From the NCBI GenBank assembly GCA_040954595.2, contig CM082579.2, positions 7,367,625 to 7,431,624 of the forward strand: a DNA stretch of 64,000 bases, written 5' to 3'. The DNA comes from Balanoglossus misakiensis. Taxonomy: Eukaryota > Animalia > Hemichordata. The position numbers and the translations under genes are program-made. Under the pieces are notes generated by a model. It was not told the origin of the DNA. It saw nothing but the letters and a program-made list of their open reading frames with translations, and searched no databases. Positions 26,301-41,400 of this stretch are shown here, one piece after another; within the stretch, counting starts at the first letter, position 1, and every line of letters begins with the position of its first letter.

Positions 26301-29300
26301 GGCTCTGGTTTCCATGGCTACAAGCAGTTCGCTGTATGGGATTGGACCGACGGATTGGTTGATCGAGAGAAAGTCTCATCTTACATAAACTATTAAAATC
26401 TGAAGGGGGGATAATAAAAAAATACACATTTCATCAAGACCTGCATTGTATAGGAAGTGAGAGATTTGTGCAATTTAAGCTTTGCAAGCTTTACTAGCCT
26501 AGAAGTTGTTGATTGAATTTTTGACGTGCGTTGTCTGTCAGCACACGTCGTATGATTTTTGTGCGGGTGTCGCGCATGTCATACAACAGTTATTGATATG
26601 CAGATTACGGGGTCTGTCAGCACCACTTTGATACAGAAGACTGGAGATGAATAAAGTTACTCTGTGTCTATTTTACTTGTGTGTATTAGGTTCATTCTGT
26701 AAGTTGTCTTAATTACAAACCATGATGGCTGCGTCCGTATTGTGTGATGCAATGATTCACTGAAGCACAGCAAGTGATGATTACTTCAGGTAAGAGAGGT
26801 TAGCAGTGTGCCTTCTGGCTCTGACAAACAAGAAATTTCGATGCTGAAAGTGACGCACCGCAATATTGTAGTCTGAGAATCGTTGGCTAGTCCCTGTTAA
26901 AGTTGTCCTTCTCAATCAATACACCAGTATAAACAAATCATGCTTTCAGTCACATGTGTAAGATTTCTACATTTTTTCATTCCCATGCACTACAATACTT
27001 CAGCACATACAATGGTCGCGCAGTCAGCCCGCACAATTGTGCAAGAATGGCCATCAAACCCTGACCCACCTTTATTAGAGTTTACACCTCAACCAGACAT
27101 GCTCCAAAGAATTCCCAGTATTTCTCGGGTCTCCTTGGGTGCTGCCACCACAAAGGCTTGACTCATTTAGAAGGTTAGTTCTGTTAGTAAGTAGCCGAGA
27201 GACGCACACTTTGGAAGTGCCAACTGTTGTATAAACACACCTACTTCTCGGTGCAGAGTTCAGAAACGACTGAAGTGCTGTTTTGGTGAGAAAGACGATG
27301 CCGAATAGGAAGAGTGCCAATTTGTATTCTGGACGTCAGTTTTGTAGAGACAGCAGAATGTTTTACAACAACAGGTAAATTTGGAAAACTTTAAACGTCA
27401 GTGTTATATCACTGCTCTCAGATGTTTATCTTGAAACCAGTAAGTGTTTATTGGAGATGGAAAAAAATTGTGAGATTTTGTGTGGTTATTCAGCCTTATT
27501 CTAGTAATATTTTGGTTTTCATTCTGTTTTAAAGGAGACATAGATAGTACCTTCCAGTGAGTCCAGGCATTGTGCTATGATCTGTTGTAGACATTAACTG
27601 CTTTACCGGTATTTTACAGAAGGACAGAACACCTACCCAGATAATTTTGCTTTGTATCACACTCCTGTGAAAACAATAGCACACAGGTGGTTAGTTCCAG
27701 TTCTGTTTTAACCTTCGATTTTCCACTCCAGCTGTTCACCATGACCTGAAAGAGGACAATCAATCGAAGGCAAACCCATTCACCCGTACACTGTTAAGTG
27801 TGCTTCTTTTCATTCAGCAAAGCGATCTTCTTAATTTCCATGTCACTGTCACAAGTCTGTCAATCTCTCAGCACAGATTTTGATAATACTTTTAAAAGAT
27901 TATCCAAACATCTTTGCTAAAAGGAATGACAATATTTTCAGCTGTGCTGATCATACATCCTAAACATATTTTTTTTCTGTATGGCTAGAGTTGTACAAGA
28001 GAAAGTACATGTACATGTACAACTGTCACTCAGGCAAAATCAACAACCTTAAACCCCAGTGGCTTGAGTCTTCAGGAGAAAAAAATACCAGATTAGTAAT
28101 TTCTTCCCCTGATTATTCTTTGACCCGATGATCGATTGGAAAGGTTTACAGTTGATTGTCTGTCAGAGGACATTTCATCAATGTTTATCAGCCATGTTGG
28201 CTCTCTGGAAAACAATTTGATCAGGCACATCATGGCATATGCAATTAGAATTCGATGGGACTGAAAGTGCTCGGGGCTATTTCAGTTTTGTCGGCAGGAA
28301 GAGAAACAGTCGCTGAAAACCTTTACATTACATTTTGCATTGTGTGTTTTTTTATCATTACTGTCATTATTGAAGACTAATTTTATCTCAGTAATATTTA
28401 ATTGAATGTATCCAGTGATTATTTAAATACCAACAGAAATAAAAAAAGGTAAAATGTGACTTGTGTCAAGGTAAATATGTGAGGTAAAGTAATGAGATAC
28501 AAATACATATACAATATGTATGTTACAGCTTTGAGTTCATGTAGGTATTATACACCAATATCGTGAGTAATCAAATTGTAGAGAAATGTAACACTGTTTA
28601 TGTAAAAGCATCTTGTCTTGTTTGCTTGAAGTAGGAATAACATTGCTTTTGTTTGGCCTTTGTAGGATTTTGCACCCATACGATGTTGTTAGTGACGTCT
28701 CAACCTTGACCATATTCTTATATCCAATCACTATAAAGAATCCCACCTAATTGATCCCAAGGAGATGTCGTGTACCTTGTGATACTCTCTGCAGGAGGGC
28801 TTTTCTCAGAAATTCAATGTGAAAGCAGTATATCGTTGTGTTTATTGAATCAAAGTCTATTGAAAATTTTCCCATCAGCGTCACCAGGCACAGAATGCTG
28901 CATGTTGTTTGGTACACCTTGATTACTTGCCTCCTGAAAAGTTTCATGTACCGCACCCCCGCCTCCCCCCCCCAAAAAAAAACACCACCGTTACCAATTG
29001 CCTTGTCAATCAACACCTTGCTTGCTCATGTTCTCAATCCTCCACCGTTCATTGTGTCAACTTGTTGCAGAGCACCGACACTGTTGAATTCAAACACAGA
29101 GGGACAAAAAACACCAGCAGACCAGAACTTCACCTAATACACCATGCAGTATCAGAACAGGGTTTATTTCACACGGGTGAAGGGGGAAAAGGAATGGATG
29201 GACATGCGTCCGGAATCACAGGAACTTTGTTCTTGCGCTCCCCGCGATTAAATGTCATGAATGGAAAAGTGAAAATCACAAAGGGAATGATTGTTTTCTT

Positions 29301-32300
29301 TTCGTCGGCCGACCGAAGTTACTGATTGATGGACGTCAGGGCTCTTTTAGCATTTACTCAAGGGTCCAACATGTTTGCTCGGTGAAGCACAAGAAGGAAT
29401 TCTACTCAAAAGTGGGTACCTTGTCTCAGATGGCTCTCCCACCGGATGCATAGGTGATTTTCTTTTCTTTTTTAAACGTGGCACCGACACAGAATCTTTC
29501 TTCCTTCCGGAATGTCACGGTTATTTCCTCCAGGTATGATTTCCCAACCATGCTCGCTGAATGTGTGTTTCATAAAATTTTATTTAGTGAATCGGTATGT
29601 TAACTGCTCTTTATCATCACTGGAAACAAAACTATGGCTAACACATATGCCATGAATTCTGCTAAATCTTGTGGCTTACCTGCCCTTGGCAGACTGTTTG
29701 CTATATTTATCCAAAGAATATCTGAGAAAATTCAGTTTGGTCTATATTTTATCATTTTGAGATAATTTTGTTTGCAACTTGTACAAGTGAGGCAAATTCA
29801 GTCATGCAAAGGAGGAGTCTCATTAGTAAGTGTAATATGTTGTGAAATAATTGTTTTATTTCAATGTCAGTCAAACTTATAGCGTTTACTTTACATCCAA
29901 GCTCTGTTACTAACAGTGTTAGACTGATTAAATTTGTGTCAATTTGATGAATTCCTCCAATTTTAGAAGAATTACCAGTTTACGCACCAGAACAAGTACT
30001 GTAAGTGTAACTGAGATAATGTTAAGGGTCACTGCACTTCCTGAGAAATCTATGTCTCTCTGGAATCAGCTTTTCAGTATGTAGGTCAACTTGGAAGAGT
30101 GTGGGAAAAACATCGCAACAACACTATTTGATAGGACCATATCTGTGTAATTGACAATAAATCCTAAGATTTCATGTCACTTTTTTATCTTCTTTTTATA
30201 GCTGCGTATCAGCTCACCACTCATTGAGTGAAGTTCACAAGCCATACATTACCAAGCTCTCAACTCTCGAAGGAAAATTTGAACAAGTATCCACTAGCAA
30301 TATACACAGCCAGTTTAATGCAAAAGATGTGTCCTCAGAATAGAATGACAATTCGTTATATTTAAAGTGAAGGGGTTGTCGCGTTGTGTCCTGGTTATCC
30401 CATATCACGATAACATGTACTAACTTTATCAATAATCATAAAAAAGGTTACACATGCCCAACCTTAAAATTACACAGAAGTCAGAAAATTCGCCTATCAG
30501 AATATCTCAGAATAGGTTACTATTCAGTCATGGTGGACGAAATATCACGGCATTAGTGCAGTTTAATGAGCTGCCGAAGTTTATGGTTACCATGGTGACG
30601 TATACGCATTGCACTCACACACAGAAGCATTCACCTCGCACTGTGTGCTGTAGCCACAACACATCCAACCGCAATAAGAGTGTCAGAGTATAAAGTCCAG
30701 TCCATCATGTGATAAAATTGCTTTGATGTCCAGCACACTAAAAGTTAAGTAGCATATTACTGACTGAGGTAAAACCTCTATAGTGTGTGTGTTAACTCAA
30801 GGCACACAACTAGTGTGTGTATCGGAGTGTTTAGCTGTGCACCGTCAGGCTTTTAGGTACGTGGATATTTCTTCTGTGTGTGTGAATAACCAAGTTGGAT
30901 TTTATGCAGCTATTAAGTCTCATGTACTTTAGCACTGTGTTTGCTTTTTGTTCAACCGTGGGCATAGATGTATAAAAAACAGCAGCACGCATCAGATGGA
31001 CTGCGTTTCCGTGTTCTGAATAATACATTTGCCGACTTACGCCATGCCGTGTCTCTGCATTAATTCTATCCGTGTGTTTTCGCGAGTGGTTTCTTTTCCC
31101 GGAGTCTGTCTTAAAGGAAAGATGGCTCGCATCTTTGTATAAAGTAAAATCAACTTGTCACCAGCTTTCTTCGTACCCATAATCAAAAGTCAGTTTGCAT
31201 GTCAGGCTGATGTTTTATGAGTGGAGCATAAAATCACATGTAGCATTAATAATGAGAACGAAATTAGTTTAGATTTTCATGCAGTTGACATTATTTGGTC
31301 AACTAGGTCAGGGCTGGACAAGTAATTTTAAAAAACCTGCGTGGATGTCAGGGCACTTTTTCCCCTGATATTACTGTATACACACAGACATGAATAGACC
31401 TACATTTGTACATATTAAATGCTGACCATAGGAATACATGTTCTTACATATTCGATTGTTTACATTTACGTGTATATGTGTATCCGTTTCCATAGTTTCA
31501 CTCACACTTCTGTTTGTTGTGGATTATTTTCTCATGCAGTTTTAACTTCATGACTTTTTTTTTTCTGTATGAAAATAGTTGCAAATTCTCCCATTAACCC
31601 TTTCACCATGTTTGAAGTCCAATTGGACCAAATACTTGGCAGTGGTTGATTGATTGACGTCAGTTTTGCTGATTTGCTGTTGTAGACAAATTTTTACATT
31701 CATAGCAATGTGACATGCGTGTACTGTGCGAACAACAGCAGTTCAACTCCTGTGCATAAATCACCGTATAAATAGCTCTGGGGGTAAATCTCACTTTAAT
31801 CAAACATCAAATCTATTTTGCATTGACAGCTGATAAAACATTAAAAAAACACACTCATACTGTACTCTCATAGGCAGAAACAGTTCATGCACTAGATTGG
31901 CACCGACTGATGTGTACATTCTATTTTCGACAGACCAGCTGACATTAACTCGGGGTCACTATTATTTCCCCGAAGGGAGCAGAGCTTGTCTGAAAAATTT
32001 GACCCATACTCATAAGTCAGTGACTCCTGAGACAGCCCGTCGTTTTGTGCTTAAACATTGCAGCTGCCGGCATGGTAACACGTGTAAACATTGGCCATAG
32101 CAACCGGGGGAAAAAAGTATCAGCATGAGCCTTTTCATGTACATGTTGCCATTGGAATACAAATGTCGTAAAGGCAGTACTTCAATGAAGTCTCGTCTTA
32201 ACAGAAGACTTTTTCAATTCTAATATTTGGATAGCGCGTTTTTTAACTTCTCATTAGATGTCCATTCAAAATAGTATATTTTCTGATTTCTGTATCATTG

Positions 32301-32473
32301 TATGTCTATTTTTCTTTCTTATACAGATTCTGATATATTCCATGCATTAATTTAGAAGAGTGAAAGCCCCAGGGACAAGCAAGAAGAGAATGCCGATGGC
32401 AGGCAGGTGATACACACCGATATCTCTCTAATAGGGCAAACTCAAGAGACCCAGCCACTCTCAACGCAACAGC

Positions 32474-35400
32474 ATGGACTTCGACAAGATGGACCAGCAG
32501 GACCTGGACGTGATCATTCACGAAGCGGACAAGAACTTCGGGATGAAGTCCCTGAGTCTGATGAACAGTCTGCGCAAGACCAAGACGCTGTGCGACGTAA
32601 CGATCTCCGTTGGCGACAGCGCGTTCGCCGCGCACAAGATCGTCCTGGCGGCTCTCAGTAATTACTTCTGCGCCATGTTCACCGGGGACATGGCCGAGGC
32701 CCAGCAGGACACGATCGTGATGAAGGAAGTGGATCCCAAAGCGGTGGAGTTGCTCATAGAATATGCATACACAGGTACAGAGAAATGCAGTAATTTAAAA
32801 AAAAAAGTTAGTATAGGGACATTAGCTGTAACTTCTGGAAGGGGTCGTCGTGCCGCGTGGGTGTCACCCTTGAGGAGAATATGTCCTCCCATACCCCACT
32901 GCAGTTTCCACGACCTACTAGGATCTTCAGTTACTGTCTTGCCAAATGCGAAACATGTATTAAATAATTATCTGAAAATAACTGAAAATGTTTAGATATC
33001 AGAGTGAAAGATACAGAATCGCAATTAGATGGCCAAGAAAATGTTTGCAGGTACTACAGGTGGCCATTCTCTGTAGAAGCTGATGTGAAATCCTAATGTC
33101 ATGTTCCTACTTTTTCTTGACAAAATAGGTGAATGTATACTTCATTATTTCATTGTTTGAAACAAACTTTTAGGTAACTTTTTCTCTGAATTGCAGGACG
33201 TGTGGAGATACGGGCAGACGTGGTTCAACATTTACTATATGCTGCATCTTTGTTACAGTTAACGGATGTCCAAATCTCCTGCTCCAATTTCTTAAAAAAT
33301 CAGCTTCATCCAACCAATTGCCTAGGTAAGTCCCATATCCCAGTCATCGGGTCAATGAAAAGAAATTGTGTGGTTCTGATAACCCCACCTAGTTTAAACC
33401 CATCGAACCTAAACTTTTTCAGGGTACATGCTAGTCTAGAATCTATCCGTTCGTAGTCGCATTCACCCTACTACCGTCTAGGACCGCAGAACCAAAATCT
33501 AGTAAGGCCATAAAAATGGTAATTTGAATGTGAATAGTCTCCAACTGAGCAATCTGATGTCAAGCGTCACCACGTGATCATGATTATGTATCATTCGGGG
33601 CGGAGCTACATTGTAAACATAATTAACATTCAACGTCATCACCTCATTAACATTGATAGCCAATCAGTAGTCGGTCAACGTAAGTGATTGACTTCTCTGA
33701 CGTCAGACTGCTCAGTTGGAGACTATTCACATTCAAATTACCATTTTTATGGCCTTACTAGATTTTGGTTCTGCGGTCCTAGACGGTAGTAGGGTGAATG
33801 CGACTACGAACGGATAGATTCTAGACTAGGTACATGCAGGTCAATGCCGAAGTCAATGTTATTTTGGGGATAGAAATACTATCTATTCACCACAAAAGGG
33901 CTGGTGTAGTTTTGATGAGTGAAAAGACCATCATCATTGTAAATGCAGATGATATGGCCTTGAGAGTCAAACAAACAGAATAGAATCCCTCTAGAATCGT
34001 GTTCTTCCTCTTCATGCGGAATCACATTTAACTCGTCCCTAAATGTTCTTCGAGAGCAAACGTGATAAAAGGATGTTGCCTAGTATCATTTAGACAAATG
34101 GCTCGCTGGCACGTCCGTGTACATCTGTACATGTCTGAGCAGTGATAATTGCTCGTTGCTGATATGCTGCGTACGACAAAAAGTGAGTTCTTGAGTCCAT
34201 ACCAGACACCAATTTGAATACAAGTTGGAGATGAATACTATTCCTAGATAAAGAGGGAGGCCATCTCTCAAAACTTTCAATTACCTACAAAATCCATACT
34301 TGTATTCGACATAATTCAGCATTTGAAAGTGACGAAAATTACGCACGACGAACACAATAGTCAGTAAGATCAGGAAACACTTTCATAAACGATGCAAGTA
34401 ATTGAAATATATTGATTCCAACTGCAATTCTACAAGAAGCTTTACAAATTGCACTATCCATGTGAAACTCAGATGGGGTCTGAACTGTTAAGGTTTTCAT
34501 CTCTAAGTATCATAAATCATTCTGTGGCGACAGAATTTCAAGGAGTGATTTGTTCAAAATCTGACCTTTTTTTTATCATCGTTACATGCAACCCTTTTCA
34601 AATTCCTGTAAGAGTCTCTCACTGATACATGTCTTCCCTTCTTCCATGACAGAATTTTTAACCAGTTGCGCGTAACGATGATAAAAAGAAGGAAGAAATG
34701 TGTCATCCTACTATTGAAGTGTTCACTTCAGTTAATTATTTCTTCCTCGCAAAGTATTAATCCATCATGCTTTAGATTGAAGCTGGTTTCATGGCAAGCG
34801 CAATAAAAATATTACCTACGTGTGGATGTGTACTTATGAAAAAATGATCTCATTGCCCATAAATCACACATACAATATCAGCAGATTGTAAATTGATTGA
34901 ATGACAAAATAAAACAAGTACATTGTACGGTGCAGTACGTTGTTTCATGCAAAGTCATGCACTCATTTATTCAGGATCACGATTGCAAATGTAGATGGCT
35001 CCACATAAAAGTCTTGTGATATACTAGTAGTAGACTTGTGGACAACACACATGGAGTCTAACTCTATCTTGATCTTAATGGCTTTGTTATGTAGAAAGTA
35101 TGTCGTGATGATAATGACAAGACTATTTAGTAGTGCGCTAATATTGTCACATTAAATGCATGATTCAACATCTGATACGTCAGTCGATCCATAACTAACC
35201 CTTAATGATGTGGATATCTTGTAGATTGATTAGAGCGAAAACGTCTACCGTATATTAGAGATATCTCTGGTATTTTAAGTGCAGTGAGGCGGGGAAAAAT
35301 AGGTCGGTTTATTCTTGCGTAGCTTCATGTAAGCTCAGTTTCACGTATTTTGTCGATATACTCATGTTGCGTCCGTCTGCTCGCAGCGGGAGACTGGCCG

Positions 35401-38400
35401 AAAATGCCACGCTGTTCGGGTAAAAGCGGCTAATTAGTGAATCGTTGGTATTTCTAGCACGTGCTGTTGCCGAACCGAAAGTATGACGAATGTTTTGATT
35501 CGAGAGAAGGGTACGTGTAATGATGCTGACGCTTGGTTAGCTTGTAGACTTCAATCTTCATGGTTAGCAAATTAAAATTGCTCACTAGTGCAGACTGATT
35601 GGTGCGACATACCGAGTGATTCAAATTGCTGTATATTTGCAGAGCTCCAGGCAGGTACAAACCCGGCGTACGGTTACATCTGACATACTGGATTCTTAGT
35701 CAGGATTTACCACTGAATAAATACACAGTCACAGTAAAGTGACATTCAAGTTCTTGTGAACCTCTACTACCGTCTTTATAGATTTCCAATCACAAATTGA
35801 CAGTGGTTTTAAATATTTTTTGTTGAGTGACAGATAACATTCCAGTGCGTGTAAATTATGTTTAAAAACTTATGAGACTAAAAATACTAGGATGAAGGGT
35901 GTCACTTTTCCGAAAATGACAGTTCGTACTATCATAATAAATGCACTCTCCAATATGATGTATATATATAATAGCCACATACTGAAATTAGTGAGAAGAA
36001 AGCTGATATCTATCGCAGAAATTTATAAAGGAGAGGCTTCTTTGCTTTGTTTGAATATCTGTAGTTTTGTAGGTTAAAAGATAAACATAAAACCCAATTT
36101 TTGGGATGCCCAGACACAGCCTACAAATGCAAAAATAATTAGCCGGGCAGTATATAACGATGTGACCCAGTCAATGACCTGAACTCAGGGCATGTTTTGT
36201 TTGGGGTGAACACACACAGCTGACTTTCAGACAAAAACATTTTAAGCATTCACACGGACGCAGAAACTTTTTTCCCCCAGACTCGTATGTCAGTCAGACG
36301 AATGTTTGCCGACTGCTAAGCATACTGTAAAAGGATCATTAGTAAAGAGTACGCAGGAGATGCCTCTGGCGAAACATTTAAATATATCAGGTAATGGCGA
36401 AATAAGAGCGCTGATGGCCTCGCCAGTGAAGTCTGAGGATCGCGTGCATACAGAAAGCTACAGTCAAACCGATCTACTCGCTACAGTCTAATCAATCGCA
36501 AAAATGTCTCCTTCTTGTGTGTATAAATAGAGTTTTGAATCCCTTGTACGAACCACCCAAGAGACTCGGCTTTGTGTTTAATTTTTCATTAAAAGGCGGA
36601 TATCTCAGCAGACAGGCAGATCTAATATGTATTGGATGTGTTTTTGTTGGATGCCTAGTCCACTGGGTTGACTGAGAATCAAATCATTAAAGGCAGCATG
36701 GTTTATTCATCACAGCTAAAGATTAAACCGACAGAGTAATTATAGCCGGGAGAGAAACAGGGAGAAAATGAACGTTAGATGCTAAAAATTCAGGTTGGCA
36801 GTTTAAGCACTTAGCTGCTCCATCAGCCGGCCACTGTTGATTCGGGTAACCTGGGTTAAAATACAATATTATGTTGTTATCGTGGTTCATTGCCAATTCC
36901 TATAACGTCTTACTAGAGACATTGTGGAGATCTGTTGGTTTTCCAATAATGGAGCAGTGCACTAAAACAGTGCTGAAAACATAGGCACAAGAAAAACCCA
37001 GGGCACTAAATCCAAAGGTATACACCACTGTGCTCGGGGCAACATTTGTAAACTAGGGCTGGGCATCATCGTCAGTGCCTGTATGTAAATCTGTTGGAAA
37101 ATCAGTTTCTGATTGTAGATCTACTACTAGAAATGAAAGCATTCCAAGTAGCTCTGACAGGGACAGATTGACCTTACATTGACCTTAACTGTTCTCAAGA
37201 CTCCTGAATGAAAAAAAAGGAATCATCAGTCGTTATGGGTAAACATGTTCCATCCACCCACACTTAAGTGCCCTGAAGACAGTGCCATTTGCCGTCAAAA
37301 GATCAGTGAGCAGGAAAATTGTAGGTGTCTGGTATGGAGAAGACTTACAGAATACAAATGATCCATAGTTGACCTTTAAAGTTAGAGAAGTCTGGTGGTG
37401 AAGTTTTTTTGTGAGATTTTATTTTGTGGACGAGTTGAGATTTTAATACACGCACCGGGCAAGAAAACAAGAAACAGAACTCTGGTTCTGTCTCGAACAT
37501 TCAATGAGCTGGAACGAAACTGCATAATTCTCCTTCTCAGTTACATGTAGCTAGCAGTCATGAACAAGTGTGAGTCATTATGTATTCCGAGCGGAGAGAG
37601 GAGTTATAGTAATGGACTCTCGTTTCGGTGATGATCTAATTAGCGAAGCTCTTAAAGAACATCTTTTCAGGGGGCGAATAACCCCCAAGAACTGATCATT
37701 ACTGACGCTCTAAAAAGAACTTGCATTTGATGCAAACTCCCACTGTCAAGGTCAATTACTCATCTGTTATGGCTGATTAAGGCCGCGGGAGATTGTCTGT
37801 GGCCTGACCTACTTCGCTACATGTATCTGTGAAGGCCACGATTACAGTACACCCAGATGCATATAGATTTCTGGAGAACAGGAGTGAGTCTGCTGGACTT
37901 CCCCACTGACGGTCTTGCTTGATCTAATTGGATCAGAGGGATTTATTAGAATTTGTCTTGGAGGTACCGGTAGTCAAAAATATGTTGGTCCAAGGATGAT
38001 TAAGTTTGTATCTCTGGTGTCCTTGTGTAGGTGCACAGGTGCTCAGGGGAAATTTAATTGCTGAATCAGTCATAATTTGCAGTTGAAATTTAACATTTTA
38101 TAGAGTTATCCAGCTGACCATTTGCGGAGGACATAGCAGCTGTACTACTCGACACACTTCATGTCAGAGGGTTTTTATCATGTAATTATTTATCGTGGTA
38201 GCTGTCGCCCTTATAATTTTTATCTGCATATTTATTGATTGAAATGTCATTTCAACTGCAAAATTATGACTGATGACTTGGCAATTTTCTGAGCGCCTGT
38301 GCATGTTGGTGTTGGGTCAGGATTGTGACATGTTCATGCACAATATAACATCCATCGCAGTGAATTGAGATGTCAGAAGGGCACATAATTTAGCAAATTA

Positions 38401-41400
38401 ATTTGGTAAATTTCATTTCACCGATCAGTCAGGGAAATAAATTGTGGCTTTCAGTGCTAATTACTGCAGGTAAATCTGCAACATTACAAGACGAAATAGT
38501 GCAAGATGCGTCGATGAATGATATCCCTGTATTTCATCAGGATATATGCATCCTGCCACATACATGGTACCAGCTCATAAAATACAAAACACAAAGATAA
38601 GAAGAAAATCGTGTTAAATGTATGTGAGGATTGCACGATATGAGCCTTTTAAACTTATGTCAAATATTCTATCTAGAATGTTTTTCTTTGGATTTGTTAA
38701 CATTTGAAAGCGCGAGGATGCAAACATTGATGATTTGGGGTCCGCAGAGCGAGAAATCAGGCAGTGAGATTTTAACCAATTTCCATCTGCAGAGTCCACT
38801 CAAAAGCAGTGTGTGTGCATGTGCATCCACCAGACAGAATAAAAACACAATATCCCTGTGTTTAGGTTGGCTTGGTTTATTGGTTTTGATAACCTGTGTC
38901 CTTGCCTGCGGGTATCAATCACCGTTGATGTACTGTGAACTGATCTGAAATTCCCATGACTGTAGATTGATAGGAATGCTAGTGAACGGTGGTTGCTATA
39001 CCCATTTTGCTGATGTTGTTTAGGTGGCCCCCCCCCCTTTAGTTTTGCTACTGACCATGTACTCGAATAATGCATTTTGCAAGTACCAATTGTCGGTGAT
39101 TCGATCTCGATGCTTGTACGATAACAGGTTATGCAGGAGGTCATATGGTAACTGCATCTACATGCACATCGATGTTTCTTTAATTGGCCGATGCCCGCAG
39201 GCCTAGGCGACCCTGAATGTGGCTTCCAAAAATGCAGTTAATGCGACCTACCGGTAATCTTTTTTCCACTGATGATTAAAGTGCAAATGTTGCAGCCATT
39301 TAAATCGCAAATGTTCTGGCATCAATCCCAGTGTGTTGAACTTTTGCAGTGTTTAGTCATTATTGTTAAAATGTATATCTATATTGCGATCAGTAAGATC
39401 TTTACTGCATTACAGATGTATATGATTCATTTATTCACCATTCTGCAGTATGTATGCGCTTTCAATCTCCCTCAGTCTCCACTGTTTAATCATTTTAATG
39501 GATTCTTCTGAAAGTTTGAGGTGAGGTCAGAAGACGTTAGGTACAGGTATATAATTTGTAAACACAAGGTTTTAAAATCTATTATCGCACGCAACTTATG
39601 ATGAAAGCTCTACATGTTAAAGTTGAACTGTCTCCAGTTATGGCAATAATGATTACAGTTGCATACTAAGATAACATTTTTATAAACATTAGATAGAAAT
39701 GGAAGCCAGCAGACGAGGAAGTCTGTGTGTTTCATGTCATGGTGGACAAGCTTTATCTGCAGCTATTTACATTTGCAGGTTTTTTTCCCACACAAAGTAG
39801 TGGCCATCTGTATCAAATACGGATGGTGTTTGCATCACAGCTGGCCCACCGACTGGTCAGAAGGGTTTATACTGATATACATCCATAAAGACATGTATCC
39901 CCCCAGTTGAAATGAAAAGCCTCATTATTTGTACATTACTCATATAGAAAAAATAACTAACAGAATTAAAATTTCCCTGATAGTCATCTAATCAAAAAGA
40001 AATTGTCAATTTTGCTGCAGGTATCAGGAATATTGCTGACATCCACACCTGCACGGACCTGGTGATCGCTTCGGAGAGGTACGCCCAGAAACATTTCAGC
40101 GAGGTCGTCAAGGAGGAGGAGTTCCTGCTCCTGCCGAAGACGCACCTGATCGAACTCATCTCGAGCGAGGAGCTCAACGTGAACTGCGAGGAGGAGGTGT
40201 ACAACGCAATCATGCGGTGGGCGTACCACGACAAGGACAACCGCAAGGACAATATCGCCGATCTGCTGCAGAGGATACGACTGCCGCTTCTGTCGCCCAA
40301 CTTCCTCGTGGACACGGTCGAGGCGGAGGACCTCATCAAGCAGGACATCAAATGCCGGGATTTGTTGGACGAGGCCAAGAACTATCACATGCTGCCGGAG
40401 AGGCGGGGCAAATACACGAGGGATAAAGTGAAACCGAGGAAATCCACAGTGGGTGAGTACGTGACACTTTCACTGTCGGAGACTGACACCTGTGTTTCGC
40501 CGTGAAAAGCACTTTTTGAAATTGAACGAGATTAGCTCGCGATTGTGGAATGTATCATTGTCCGTGCGGGGTATTGAGATAAATGAGTTTCTGATTTGAA
40601 ATTGATGATGGTTGTCGTGCAGGAAAGGGTTCATCTGAACCACTTTCTTTTTCAATGGAAGTATTTGCATCCCAGTGGAGATTGTATCTCAGCAGAGGCT
40701 GGCATGTTCTCTGGCGATTTGGCATCTCGGCAGGAGTATAGTTACTAATACTATTCAGTTGATTGCGAGAGTGCATCTCGGCAGAATCTGCATCTCAGCG
40801 AAGCTTGCGCCATGGCTCAGAATTTGTCACGTCACGTCGGAGTTGTACTGTAGTGTGATTTGTAAAAATTCCAAGTTCTGATCAGATCTCACAGGAGTGG
40901 GTATTTGACAAGATCTAAATCTTCTTCTCGTTATCATCTGTGTGTATGAAGATCAGGCACAACCCTTCTGAATAATGTGGAATTATTGCAATGCCACGTT
41001 TTATGTTAGATACAGCAATGAAGAACATTTTTTTTCATAAAAGGAAAACGCAACATGAACCTCAGTGCCACAGGGGAAAACGTCAATTTTCGAATCTGAA
41101 AACTGTAATTGTCCCAGAGTCCCTCGGGCTACCTTCCTTCTCTCCTCAAAGAAACGGTTGTGGTTCACTCATGATTTTGGTCAATAATGTGGTTTCTTCT
41201 TACATGTATGTTTGTGGTGAGAATTAAGCTTGTGATTTAACAATGGCAGTATTTTGTCCAGTTGTGACAAATACATTTTTTGTATGCAGTGCACTTTTTC
41301 AGTATATGATGAACATAACACCTAGCGTTTGCAAGATTCGCAATAGGTGTAGACAGAAAGTCGTATGTTTGAATGCCATAGGTTGGGACAGTAGGTGTAT

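Noticed and set aside
14500-32300. Numerous 60-140 aa ORFs in the track
   Set aside because: No recognisable domains or splice-compatible chains; consistent with random ORFs in non-coding DNA.
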